Positions 29,505-39,873 are shown, counted from the stretch's first letter. The stretch: DNA of 64,000 nt from Gemmatimonadota bacterium (GCA_039588255.1 JBDHAF010000019.1:3101-67100); one strand, 5' to 3'. Made by a program: numbers and translations. The notes: a model not told the origin generated them from the sequence alone.

Positions 29505-29582
29505 CAATCTCCCGAGCACATCTCGAGCATCTGAACGCGCGGCACCGGCCGGCGGCCGGGGTGCGCGAGATCGGATAGGAAC

Positions 29583-30257
29583 ATGCGGCGAGTACTTCAA
29601 CTGTACCGCAGCTCGGTGGGGAAGAAGGCGGTGATGGGGGTGACCGGCCTGATGTTCTTCGGCTACGTCGCCGGCCACCTGGCAGGCAACCTCAAGATCT
29701 ACTTGGGGGCGGAACACTTCAACGCTTACGCGGAATTCTTGCGGGAGATCGGCGCGCCGGCGTTGGGCCATTCGTGGTTCCTCTGGGCGTTCCGTATCGT
29801 GCTCCTGGCGGCGCTTCTCTTACACGTGACCGCGGCGATCCAACTCTGGCTCATGGCGCGATCGGCCCGACCGACGAACTATCGGCGCCCTGTCCACCTC
29901 GAAGACAGCTATGTCTCCCGCACGATGCGGTGGGGCGGTGTGGTCATCCTGATCTTCATCCTCTATCACCTGATGAATCTCACGTGGGGCACCGCACACT
30001 CGGATTTCATTCCGGGTGACGCCTACCACAACCTGGTCACCGCGTTTCAATCCCTGGCCGTCTCGGCAGCTTACATCGTCGCGGTCATCGTCGTGGGCTT
30101 CCACCTCTACCACGGCATATGGAGCTCGCTGCAGACGCTGGGGGTCAACCAAGAACATCACGATCGCTGGCGACGAACGTCGGCCGTGATCGCGACGGTC
30201 ATCGTGCTGGGGAACATCTCGATTCCGGTTTCGGTGCTGACCGGCATCGTCCAATAG
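29583..30257 (+). CDS. sdhC: succinate dehydrogenase cytochrome b558 subunit
   Basis: 224 aa with five hydrophobic helices carrying conserved His residues, located immediately upstream of sdhA/sdhB. Confidence 0.85.
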   Translation: MRRVLQLYRSSVGKKAVMGVTGLMFFGYVAGHLAGNLKIYLGAEHFNAYAEFLREIGAPALGHSWFLWAFRIVLLAALLLHVTAAIQLWLMARSARPTNYRRPVHLEDSYVSRTMRWGGVVILIFILYHLMNLTWGTAHSDFIPGDAYHNLVTAFQSLAVSAAYIVAVIVVGFHLYHGIWSSLQTLGVNQEHHDRWRRTSAVIATVIVLGNISIPVSVLTGIVQ

Positions 30258-30273
30258 AAAGCAAGAGCGACTC

Positions 30274-32187
30274 ATGGAGCTCAACGGAAAGGTCCCGTCG
30301 GGGTCGATAGAAAAGAAATGGGAGAACCACCGCTTCGAGATGAAGCTGGTGAATCCTGCGAACAAGCGGAAGTACGATGTGATCGTGGTTGGCTCGGGGC
30401 TTGCGGGAGCATCCGCCGCGGCTTCGCTCGGAGAGCTGGGTTACAACGTCAAGTGCTTCTTCTTCCAAGACAGCGCCCGCCGAGCACACAGCATTGCAGC
30501 GCAAGGCGGAATCAACGCCGCAAAGAATTACCAGAATGACGGGGACTCGGTCTACCGGCTGTTTTATGACACCGTTAAGGGCGGGGACTTTCGGGCCCGC
30601 GAGGCCAACGTGCATCGGCTGGCCGAGGTCAGCCTGAACATCATCGACCAGTGCGTGGCACAGGGCGTGCCGTTCGCCCGGGAGTATGGCGGACTGCTGG
30701 ACAACCGGTCGTTTGGAGGCGCGCAGGTCTCCCGCACCTTCTACGCCCGGGGGCAGACCGGCCAGCAGCTGCTGATCGGCGCCTATCAAGCCCTGGAACG
30801 CCAAGTTGCGGTAGGCACCGTCGAGCTCTTTCCCCGAACGGAGATGCTCGACGTGGTGATCGTGGACGGGCATGCCAAAGGCATCGTCGTCCGCGATCTG
30901 GTCACCGGCAAGATCCACTCGTTCGCCGCCCACGCGGTGGTACTCGCGACCGGCGGGTACGCCAACGTGTTCTATCTCTCCACCAACGCCAAGGGATGCA
31001 ACGTGACGGCGACGTGGAGAGCCCACAAGCGGGGGGCGGCGTTCGCGAATCCCTGCTTCACGCAGATTCACCCCACGTGCATTCCCCAAGCCGGGGAGTA
31101 CCAGTCGAAGCTGACGTTGATGAGTGAGTCGTTGCGCAACGACGGCCGGATCTGGGTGCCGCAGCGGGTTGGCGACACGAGGCAGGCCAAGGACATCCCG
31201 GAGAACGAGCGGGACTACTACCTCGAACGCTTCTACCCGAGTTTCGGCAATCTCGCACCGCGCGACGTGGCTTCTCGCCGAGCCAAGGAAGCAGTGGACG
31301 AGGGACGCGGGGTCGGCGAAGGGAGCGGCGGCGTGTACCTCGACTTCCGAGATGCCATCGACCGCCTCGGGCAACAGGTGATTGCCGAGCGCTACGGCAA
31401 CTTGTTCGACATGTACCAGCAAATCACCGGCGAGAATCCGTACGAGGTGCCAATGCGGATCTACCCGGCACCGCACTACACGATGGGCGGGCTCTGGGTG
31501 GACTACAACTTGATGAGCACGATCCCCGGGCTGCACGTGATCGGTGAGGCCAACTTCTCGGACCACGGCGCAAACCGTTTGGGCGCCAGCGCGCTGATGC
31601 AGGGCCTGGCCGACGGTTACTTCGTGCTGCCGTATACGATCGCCGACTACCTCGCCCAAACCGAGGGGTCCCCCGTCACCACCGACCACCCGGCGTTCCA
31701 ACAGACCGAACGGGAGGTCGCCGAGCGCATCCAGCGACTCGTCGATGTAAACGGGACCAGGAGCGTCGATTCGTTCCACCGGGACTTAGGGAAGTTGATG
31801 TGGAACCAGTGCGGCATGGCCCGCAACGCCAGCGGGCTGCAGGATGCTCTGGAGAAGATCCCCGAGATGCGGGAGCAATTCTGGAGCGACGTCCGGGTGA
31901 CGGGCTCCGGTGAGGAACTGAACCAGGAACTCGAGAAGGCCGGCCGCGTGGCCGACTTCTTCGAATTCGGGGAGCTGATGTGCCGGGACGCTCTCGAGCG
32001 CGACGAATCGTGCGGCGGACACTTCCGGGAAGAACACCAGACGGACGAGGGCGAAGCGAGGCGTGACGACGAGCGTTTCGCGTATGTGGCCGCCTGGGAG
32101 TTCACGGGGGTCGGGAACACGCCCATTCCCCACAAGGAGCCGTTGGAGTTCGAATACGTGCACCTGGCGCAGCGGAGCTACAAATAA
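30274..32187 (+). CDS. sdhA: succinate dehydrogenase/fumarate reductase flavoprotein subunit
   Basis: [17 protein letters not shown] fold, [11 protein letters not shown] (the His of HSIAAQGG is the covalent FAD site) and HYTMGGL. Confidence 0.95.
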   Translation: MELNGKVPSGSIEKKWENHRFEMKLVNPANKRKYDVIVVGSGLAGASAAASLGELGYNVKCFFFQDSARRAHSIAAQGGINAAKNYQNDGDSVYRLFYDTVKGGDFRAREANVHRLAEVSLNIIDQCVAQGVPFAREYGGLLDNRSFGGAQVSRTFYARGQTGQQLLIGAYQALERQVAVGTVELFPRTEMLDVVIVDGHAKGIVVRDLVTGKIHSFAAHAVVLATGGYANVFYLSTNAKGCNVTATWRAHKRGAAFANPCFTQIHPTCIPQAGEYQSKLTLMSESLRNDGRIWVPQRVGDTRQAKDIPENERDYYLERFYPSFGNLAPRDVASRRAKEAVDEGRGVGEGSGGVYLDFRDAIDRLGQQVIAERYGNLFDMYQQITGENPYEVPMRIYPAPHYTMGGLWVDYNLMSTIPGLHVIGEANFSDHGANRLGASALMQGLADGYFVLPYTIADYLAQTEGSPVTTDHPAFQQTEREVAERIQRLVDVNGTRSVDSFHRDLGKLMWNQCGMARNASGLQDALEKIPEMREQFWSDVRVTGSGEELNQELEKAGRVADFFEFGELMCRDALERDESCGGHFREEHQTDEGEARRDDERFAYVAAWEFTGVGNTPIPHKEPLEFEYVHLAQRSYK

Positions 32188-32930
32188 TGCAGATCACTCT
32201 CAATGTGTGGCGGCAAGCCTCCAGCATGGCTCCAGGTCGGTTCGAGCGGTACGTCGCCAAGAACGTGTCGGAGCACATGTCGTTCTTGGAAATGCTCGAT
32301 GTCGTCAATCAAGGCTTGATCGAACAGAACAAGGATCCGATCCACTTCGAGCACGACTGTCGCGAAGGCATCTGCGGTTCGTGTGGCATGGTCATCAACG
32401 GGGTCCCGCATGGACCGAAACCGGCGATCACGGCCTGTCAGCTCCACATGCGGAGTTTCAGCGATGGTGATGAGCTGTGGCTCGAGCCGTGGCGGGCGAA
32501 GGCCTTTCCCGTCATCAAGGATCTGGTCGTGGATCGCAACGCGCTGGACCGGATTATCGAGGCCGGTGGGTACATCTCGGCGCGCAGCGGCAGCGCCCCG
32601 GACGCCAACGCGATTCCGATCCCCAAGGAGACAGCCGACACCGCCATGGACGCCGCCGCGTGCATCGGGTGCGGTGCGTGCGTGGCCGCCTGTCCCAACG
32701 CCTCCGCGATGTTGTTCACGAGCGCCAAGGTGGCGCACCTCAGCAAACTTCCCCAGGGGCAACCGGAGCGGCGCAGGCGGGTGTTGAACATGGTGGAGCA
32801 GATGGAGTCGGAGGGCTTCGGCTATTGCACCAACCACGGGGCGTGTCAAACCGCGTGTCCCAAGGAGATCTCCATCGACTTCATCGCGTATCTCAACCGG
32901 GAGTTGCTCGGGGCGACGCTAGTCGGGTAG
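32187..32930 (+). CDS. sdhB: succinate dehydrogenase iron-sulfur subunit
   Basis: TAATG overlap with sdhA. Contains the Cys clusters [23 protein letters not shown] and [12 protein letters not shown]. Confidence 0.93.
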   Translation: MQITLNVWRQASSMAPGRFERYVAKNVSEHMSFLEMLDVVNQGLIEQNKDPIHFEHDCREGICGSCGMVINGVPHGPKPAITACQLHMRSFSDGDELWLEPWRAKAFPVIKDLVVDRNALDRIIEAGGYISARSGSAPDANAIPIPKETADTAMDAAACIGCGACVAACPNASAMLFTSAKVAHLSKLPQGQPERRRRVLNMVEQMESEGFGYCTNHGACQTACPKEISIDFIAYLNRELLGATLVG

Positions 32931-32931
32931 C

Positions 32932-32980
32932 GGAGCACGCCATCTGTCCCCTCCGCGCGCTGCGGGTTGGTCCGGAGTAG
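32932..32980. repeat. palindromic-repeat family, extra left-arm half copy (A1)
   Basis: GAGCACGCCATCTGTCCCCTCCGCGCGCTGCGGGTTGG resembles the left arm of copies A2 and B. It starts 2 nt after the sdhB stop codon. Confidence 0.7.
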
Positions 32981-33092
32981 CGAGCACGCCATTTGCCCCT
33001 TCCGCGCGCTGCGGTTCTCTTAAATGCAGGTTTGCGGGGCAACCCACCTTGCGAACCAACGCGCGCTTCAGGGACAAACGGCATGTCTCGCT
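32981..33092. repeat. ~112-nt imperfect palindromic repeat, copy A2
   Basis: The left arm is AGCACGCCATTTGCCCCTTCCGCGCGCTGCGGTTCTCTT. The right arm is TGCGAACCAACGCGCGCTTCAGGGACAAACGGC. The arms are reverse complements of each other, with mismatches. Confidence 0.85.
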
Positions 33093-33182
33093 CACCTTTC
33101 GCCCACCTTCCGGCTCCCGCTTCCTCCTTGCGGGGTTTCGAACCGGCCCTAAGATTTGCCCCAACTTCTCCTGGAGGCCGCA

Positions 33183-33737
33183 ATGGTGACGCTCTGGCTG
33201 CCCATTCTGCTAGCCACGGTTTTGGTCTGGATCGCGAGTGCACTCGCGTGGACGGTCGCTCCCCATCACAAATCTGATTTCCGCGTCATCCCCGACCAAG
33301 ACGGCTTCATGGCCAACCTGGGCGGACGCAACCTGTCGCCTGGGCAGTACTGGTTCCCGTATTCCACCGACCAGAAAGAGATGCAGTCGCCGGAGATGGT
33401 CACAAAGATGGAAAAGGGCCCGGTGGGTCTCCTCACCGTTTGGAGGACCGGCAAGCCGAACATGGCCAAGCCCATGATCCTGACCCTCATCTTCATGCTC
33501 TGCGTCTCTATCGTGGTGGCCTACCTGGCCTTCAAGACACTCGACGCCGGTGATCCGTACGTCCACAAGTTCCGGGTGACCGCCACCATCGCGTTCCTGA
33601 CCTACGGCGGGGCCCTCTTCTGGGACGCCATTTGGTTCGGGACGCCTTGGGCGAGAACCTGGAAGAGTCTGTTCGACTGTTTCGTGTACGCGCTGTTGGT
33701 GGGTGGCTCGTTTGCGGGATTCTGGCCGGGAGCTTAG
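33183..33737 (+). CDS. hypothetical integral membrane protein
   Basis: ATG at 33183 (MVTLWLPILLATVLVWIASALAW...). It has four hydrophobic helices. I recognise no family. Confidence 0.6.
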   Translation: MVTLWLPILLATVLVWIASALAWTVAPHHKSDFRVIPDQDGFMANLGGRNLSPGQYWFPYSTDQKEMQSPEMVTKMEKGPVGLLTVWRTGKPNMAKPMILTLIFMLCVSIVVAYLAFKTLDAGDPYVHKFRVTATIAFLTYGGALFWDAIWFGTPWARTWKSLFDCFVYALLVGGSFAGFWPGA

Positions 33738-33759
33738 AGGGTACGGGGTACCCCAGGTA

Positions 33760-33872
33760 GGGTAGCACGCCATTTGTCCCTTACGCGCGCTGCGGTTCTC
33801 TTCAGTGCCGGATCTCAACTTGGCCCGCCATGCGAACCAACGCGCGCTGCAGGGACGAACGGCGCGCTACCC
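33760..33872. repeat. ~112-nt imperfect palindromic repeat, copy B
   Basis: GGGTAGCACGCCATTTGTCCCTTACGCGCGCTGCGGTTCTCTT ... TGCGAACCAACGCGCGCTGCAGGGACGAACGGCGCGCTACCC. By manual alignment it shows 2 mismatches to A2 in the 39-nt left arm and 2 in the 33-nt right arm. Confidence 0.9.
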
Positions 33873-33889
33873 TCTCGCTGCGCCACCGC

Positions 33890-34220
33890 TCATTCCTCAC
33901 CACGGTACTCCACGTAGTTCCTGGGCGTCTCCCACAAGGTCCTGAAACTCCGGGACGTCCAAGTTCAGATTCTTGTGATCGAGGCGGGACAGGACCTGCT
34001 CCTCGACGATCCGCTTGATGACGCCCAGGTCTACGACGTAGCCCGTCCCAGGGTCTACCTCACCCTCCACGGAGACGTCCAGCTCGTAGTTGTGCCCGTG
34101 GTAGTTGGGGTTGTTGCACAGCCCGAATGTCTCACGGTTCTCCTCGGCGGACATCTGCGGATTGTGAAGCCGGTGTGCCGCACTGAAGTGGACGCGGCGG
34201 GTCACAGTAACGGTTGGCAT
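33890..34220 (-). pseudogene. queD: 6-carboxytetrahydropterin synthase (QueD/PTPS family) remnant with internal deletion and frameshift
   Basis: The N-terminal ~90 aa are canonical (RRVHFSAAHRL, GLCNNPNYHGHNY, LDHKNLNLDVPEF). The ORF then ends after 17 unrelated residues at 33897. The +1 frame instead reads RTLWETPRNYVEYRGEE-stop (stop 33890-33892), which matches the family C-terminus (compare rat PTPS ...KVKVYETDNNIVVYKGE). The ~25-30 residue PT(T/A)EN-containing segment between the two parts is absent. Confidence 0.7.
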
Positions 34221-34277
34221 GGGCAGAATATAGGGGGCCGGTGAGCCCGGAGCAGGCCCCTGGACCGATCGGGAGGA

Positions 34278-34392
34278 GGCGGAGCGCCCTGTTTGTCACT
34301 GCAGCGCGTGTTGGTTCGCAGGCTCGCAGATCCGGGATCTGGCCTTGGGGCAAACCGCAACGCGCGAAAGGGACAAACGGGGTGCGCCGCCC
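34278..34392. repeat. ~112-nt imperfect palindromic repeat, copy C (inverted relative to A2/B)
   Basis: GGCGGAGCGCCCTGTTTGTCACTGCAGCGCGTGTTGGTTCGCA ... GCAAACCGCAACGCGCGAAAGGGACAAACGGGGTGCGCCGCC. Its left arm matches the reverse complement of the right arm of B, and vice versa. Confidence 0.85.
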
Positions 34393-34428
34393 TCTGGGCC
34401 AGTCAGAGCCTGCTCCGGGTGTCTTCGG

Positions 34429-34457
34429 TTGACCACCCCCTATATCATTGCTATATT
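34429..34457 (+). promoter_or_regulatory. sigma70-like promoter upstream of the C40 peptidase gene
   Basis: TTGACC (34429-34434), a 17-nt spacer, then TATATT (34452-34457). This would give a very short leader before ATG 34472. Confidence 0.4.
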
Positions 34458-34471
34458 TACACTTACGTGAT

Positions 34472-35536
34472 ATGAGAGCGCGCCTCACTTTTTCAGTAAG
34501 CTGCCTCCTGGCGGCTTTTCTGCCGTTCGGCACTGGCGTGGCCGCCCAGACCCGTGGCCTGGATTTCTCCTACGGGCGGTGGTGGCGCAACGAGACGGTG
34601 GGAGAGACGTACGCCCTCACCTATTACCGGCCGTGGGTCGGCCCGTTCGACGTGGGAATCGCCGCCACCCATCTCGACGACCGGGCGTCGCCCTTGAACC
34701 GCACTCAGACCGGTGGCCAGATATCCCTGGCGATCGGCCGGGAGGGCGGGGGCCTGTACGCGGTAGGCTCCGGGGGGCTGGCCATGCGTCACGAGGGGGG
34801 GAGTGTAGACGGCGTTTGGAGCGCCGGCCTCGGGTACGCGTTGAAGCCACTTTCCATCCTCACCCTGTCGGGAGAGTTGCGCTACCGGGTGGAGAAGGAC
34901 GACTGGAAAGAGGGGTTCTGGCGGTTCGACGACGCGACGGACCGGAAGGGCTGGCAGTTGCAGGGCGGCCTGGCATTCCATTTCGGGGGTGGAAGACGGA
35001 CTCCATCGGTGCCCCCACCCGAGCGCCCCGCGCGAACATCGACGGGCTCTTCGACCTCCTCGGGGAACGGCAGCCCCGAGTTCGCGCCGCCGTCGGGATC
35101 AGACATCGAGGACCTCGCCCGCTCGAGCGGGGCCTCGGCGTCCACCGCCGAGCTGGCCGCTCAGGTCGTGCAGACGGCCATCGACGTGATGGGCACGCCC
35201 TACGAGTGGGGCGGATCTGACGACAACGGGTTCGACTGCTCCGGACTCATCCAGTATGCCTACGGCGAGAGCAGCGTCATTCTGCCGCGGGTGAGCCGGG
35301 ACCAAGCCCGGACCGGAGCCTTTGTGGACCCACGGGTGCCGAGCCTCCGACCCGGGGACATCCTGGGCTTCTCCGTCGAGCGCAGCTCCCGCATCACCCA
35401 CGTGGGGCTGTACGTCGGGGATGGCCAGTTCATCCACAGCTCGTCCAATGGTGTGGCGATCTCCAGTCTCATCGCCACCGACCCGAACAGTCGGTGGTGG
35501 CAGAACCGGTGGGTCGTGGCGCGCCGGATCCTCTAG
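34472..35536 (+). CDS. C40 (NlpC/P60) peptidoglycan hydrolase with N-terminal beta-barrel-like domain
   Basis: Signal peptide MRARLTFSVSCLLAAFLPFGTGVAAQ. The C-terminal GTPYEWGGSDDNGFDCSGLIQYAY...ITHVGLYVGDGQFIHSS is the NlpC/P60 Cys-His core. A Pro/Ser-rich linker lies between the two domains. Confidence 0.85.
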   Translation: MRARLTFSVSCLLAAFLPFGTGVAAQTRGLDFSYGRWWRNETVGETYALTYYRPWVGPFDVGIAATHLDDRASPLNRTQTGGQISLAIGREGGGLYAVGSGGLAMRHEGGSVDGVWSAGLGYALKPLSILTLSGELRYRVEKDDWKEGFWRFDDATDRKGWQLQGGLAFHFGGGRRTPSVPPPERPARTSTGSSTSSGNGSPEFAPPSGSDIEDLARSSGASASTAELAAQVVQTAIDVMGTPYEWGGSDDNGFDCSGLIQYAYGESSVILPRVSRDQARTGAFVDPRVPSLRPGDILGFSVERSSRITHVGLYVGDGQFIHSSSNGVAISSLIATDPNSRWWQNRWVVARRIL

Positions 35537-35579
35537 GGGACACCCTGCTGCTAACACGATCCTTCCGGCATCGCACCGG

Positions 35580-36158
35580 GTGACCAGGCCTTGGATTGAC
35601 TGGATCGATGAGGCCGATGCCACAGGTCGGCTGAAGGAAAGCTACGAGCGGTACGGTACGGGGCAGGGGATCGACCACATTCTCAAGATCCATTCACTCA
35701 ATCCCAGATCCCTCGACGATCACTATCGTCTTTACGCCCATCTCATGCGGGGTCCCTCCGGGTTGTCGCGAGCGGAACGGGAGATGATCGCCGTGGTGGT
35801 CTCCAAGGCCAACGACTGCTTCTATTGACTGCGTCACCACGGAGCGGGCCTCCGTCGGTTGCTGAAAGACGACGAGCGCGTCGCGGCCATTGAGGACGAT
35901 TATCGCAAGGCGGAGTTGTCGCCACGGGAGCGCGCCATACTCGACTATGCGGTCAAGCTCACTGTAACGCCGTCCCAGATGGCTGAATCCGACGTAGTCC
36001 GACTCCGGGACGCCGCGTTGAGCGACGCCGAGATCCTCGACGCGTGTCAGGTGACGGCGTACTACAACTATGTGAACCGTATGGCCGACGGGTTGGGCGT
36101 GGAATTGGAAGACGACTGGGAGGAACCGGGAAGCCGTCCCGCATCGGATACCACCTAA
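35580..36158 (+). CDS. carboxymuconolactone decarboxylase (CMD)/AhpD-family peroxidase-related protein with in-frame TGA (candidate selenocysteine, or a nonsense-disrupted gene)
   Basis: GTG at 35580. The two ORF-track pieces (…35828 and 35859…36158) share one frame. The joined read is ...VVSKANDCFY[TGA]LRHHGAGLRRLL..., which is the family motif C-x-x-C-x-x-x-H with the TGA (35826-35828) at the second Cys. Confidence 0.6.
35836..35859 (+). promoter_or_regulatory. SECIS-like hairpin downstream of the in-frame UGA
   Basis: ACGGAG (35839-35844) pairs with CTCCGT (35850-35855) around the loop CGGGC. It is extended by ACC/GGT with one bulged C. The apical loop starts 19 nt after the U of the UGA. 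Confidence 0.4.
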
Positions 36159-36185
36159 GCCCTTCTTTGCTACCTTCTTGCGGTC

Positions 36186-36213
36186 TTGACACTACCGGGG
36201 AGCCGGGTATATT
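36186..36213 (+). promoter_or_regulatory. sigma70-like promoter of groESL
   Basis: TTGACA (36186-36191), a 16-nt spacer, then TATATT (36208-36213), immediately upstream of the CIRCE element. Confidence 0.55.
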
Positions 36214-36220
36214 CCTCTTC

Positions 36221-36247
36221 CTAGCACTCGACTGCAGTGAGTGCTAA
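36221..36247 (+). promoter_or_regulatory. CIRCE operator (HrcA binding site)
   Basis: cTAGCACTC-GACTGCAGT-GAGTGCTAA matches the consensus TTAGCACTC-N9-GAGTGCTAA at 17 of 18 arm positions. It lies 56 nt upstream of the groES start. Confidence 0.9.
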
Positions 36248-36302
36248 GGTCTTTTAAGTCCCTATTCCATAATAGCTTACAAGCTGACGGAGGTGTTGCG
36301 TC

Positions 36303-36620
36303 ATGGCACAGGCGTCGAAGTCGAAGAAGAAGCTCGGCGTGAAGCCACTGGGCGATCGTGTGGTGGTCCGCCCGATGGAGGAGTCAGAGGAAATGCGCGG
36401 CGGTCTGTACATCCCGGACACCGCCAAGGAAAAGCCCCAGCAAGGGGAAATCATGGCGGTCGGTCCCGGCCGCTACGAGAAGGGTGATCGCGTTCCCATG
36501 GAGCTTTCGGCCGGACAGACCGTGCTCTACGGAAAGTACAGCGGCACTGAGGTCACGTTCGACAACGAGCAGTATCTCATCATCAAAGAATCCGACGTCC
36601 TCGCCGTCATCGACGGGTGA
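36303..36620 (+). CDS. groES: co-chaperonin GroES
   Basis: 105 aa. Contains [11 protein letters not shown] and [23 protein letters not shown]. Confidence 0.95.
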   Translation: MAQASKSKKKLGVKPLGDRVVVRPMEESEEMRGGLYIPDTAKEKPQQGEIMAVGPGRYEKGDRVPMELSAGQTVLYGKYSGTEVTFDNEQYLIIKESDVLAVIDG

Positions 36621-36629
36621 ACGAACTAG

Positions 36630-38279
<1,650 letters not shown>

Positions 38280-38303
38280 GCCGCGGTATCAGCCTAGATC
38301 AGG

Positions 38304-38335
38304 AAAAAGGCCCCGGCACACTCCGGGGCCTTTTC
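38304..38335. terminator. bidirectional-looking intrinsic terminator after groEL
   Basis: AAAAA-GGCCCCGG (38309-38316), loop CACACT, CCGGGGCC (38323-38330), then TTTT. Confidence 0.8.
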
Positions 38336-38409
38336 ATTGAACATCTTTGCACCCGGGACCCGCCACCACCGCTATTGGCGTGGGCCTCAGTGAGACAGTA
38401 AAATTCACT

Positions 38410-38796
38410 ATGCAGATCAGGATAATTCAGGTGCTCCTCATCGCCGGGCTCGGATTTCCCGGATCACTCGTATCTCAGACTCCACTTCCCGACCTCTCCG
38501 GGACGTGGCGGGTGGAAACGCCGGACGGGCCACAAGAGGTCGTGATCCGATCCGACTCCTCGGCCTCCTTCGGCGAAGACACGGTCCGGTGGCGGCTCGT
38601 GGACGACTCTATTCACATCGCACTGGGCGACGAGTGGATGGTCTACGGTTACGCCCTGCGGGGCAGGAAGGTGACGTTGTCAGGAGGAGATCTGGAAGAC
38701 CCCATGGAGCTCGAGCGGGTCGGCCCCCCGACGCCCCTGGCGGAGGGAGTGGAGATCCCGTCGCCGCCCCCGGCGGATCGGCGAGCCATCACGTAG
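38410..38796 (+). CDS. hypothetical secreted protein
   Basis: ATG at 38410 (MQIRIIQVLLIAGLGFPGSLVSQ signal-like N-terminus). I recognise no family. Confidence 0.5.
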   Translation: MQIRIIQVLLIAGLGFPGSLVSQTPLPDLSGTWRVETPDGPQEVVIRSDSSASFGEDTVRWRLVDDSIHIALGDEWMVYGYALRGRKVTLSGGDLEDPMELERVGPPTPLAEGVEIPSPPPADRRAIT

Positions 38797-39066
38797 GGCG
38801 CTTTTGTCGTCGTCCCCTCCCCCCGACCCAGATTCACCGGACGCCGGCGGATTCGGTAGCTCCGGTGGCGACGCCTCCCCCGCGGTCCTCGCCTCCGACA
38901 TCGCCGACCTCCTCATTGAACCCTCCATCGCCCTTCACAAGCACGGGATGTACCCCCAAGGACACCCGTTGCTCACACCGGCGTGCTGACCACGCCCTCG
39001 ATCGACCAAGCATCTCAGCCCACGGCTGAGCAGTAGTCGAACAGTCACCCGGTCAGCCGGTCCAGC

Positions 39067-39873
39067 TCACCCGGCGATCCCCAACTCGAGCTGACCGGGA
39101 TCGGGAGCGACCCAGATGGGATCGATGGGTTCGTCCTGCCGCGCGACGAAGAGATCCCCCCGGAAACCCTTGCTCGACAGCGCCCGCTCGATCTCGGATC
39201 GCGCCAAGTCGGTGCGGTTGCAGCGATCACTCATGTGAACCAACACGACCGACCGCAACCCCTCATGGCACAATTCCGCAAGGAGCTCGGCGGCCGCTCG
39301 ATTCGAAAGGTGTCCTCCCATGCCGGCGATCCGGGCGCGCACCGTCGGCGGGTAGGGACCCGTGCGCAACAGGATCTCATCGTGATTTGCCTCCAACAGC
39401 AAGGTGGTCACACCGCTGAGGAGATACCGCACGGCCGCCGTGGGTCTCCCGAGGTCGTACGCCAACCCGACGCGACCACCCTGGGCTCCGACGACAAACG
39501 CCATCGGCTCAGCCGCATCGTGACTCGTCCGGCATCCCGTCAACGAGAACGGGCCGATCGACACCTTAGTGTGGGATTCTACCGTGTGCAGTTTTGCCCC
39601 GTCGAGGCGCTCGCCGAGGGCCGCTAGCGTTCCTTGCGATGCGAGGATGGGACACCCCACCTTCCGTGCCAGCGGACCCGCGCCACGGGCGTGGTCGCCG
39701 TGCTCGTGGGTGAGCACGATGCCCACGAGACCCCGGAGATCGATTCCCGCCTTCTTGGCCCGGTGCACCAGGGCGCGAGGGCCGAATCCCGCATCGAGCA
39801 AGAGTGAACATCCGGCAGCGGTGATGACGAACGCATTCCCGCGACTCCCAGACCCCAACGGGACGAGCTTCAC
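39067..39873 (-). CDS. MBL-fold metallo-hydrolase
   Basis: GTG at 39873 overlaps the upstream stop (GTGA). Starts VKLVPLGSGSRGNAF and contains the LTHEHGDHARG (HxHxDH) motif. Confidence 0.85.
   Translation of the reverse strand: MKLVPLGSGSRGNAFVITAAGCSLLLDAGFGPRALVHRAKKAGIDLRGLVGIVLTHEHGDHARGAGPLARKVGCPILASQGTLAALGERLDGAKLHTVESHTKVSIGPFSLTGCRTSHDAAEPMAFVVGAQGGRVGLAYDLGRPTAAVRYLLSGVTTLLLEANHDEILLRTGPYPPTVRARIAGMGGHLSNRAAAELLAELCHEGLRSVVLVHMSDRCNRTDLARSEIERALSSKGFRGDLFVARQDEPIDPIWVAPDPGQLELGIAG

Noticed and set aside
32993-33277. Track ORFs overlapping the palindromic repeats: 32893-33243(-), 32919-33164(-), 32993-33277(+), 34132-34533(-), 34214-34432(+) and 34293-34475(+).
   Set aside because: They are created by the repeat sequence itself, with similar pseudo-peptides appearing on both strands. 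They span intergenic DNA and have no motifs.
38804-39033. 61-aa ORF (…LIEPSIALHKHGMYPQGHPLLTPAC) in the 270-bp convergent gap between 38796 and 39067. It could be the 5' remnant of a signalling (HD-type) gene.
   Set aside because: The only resemblance is a short Y-P-x-G-H-P-like string that I recall vaguely from N-termini of some phosphohydrolases. There is no start context and no continuation in any frame beyond ~75 codons. That is not enough to call a gene or pseudogene.
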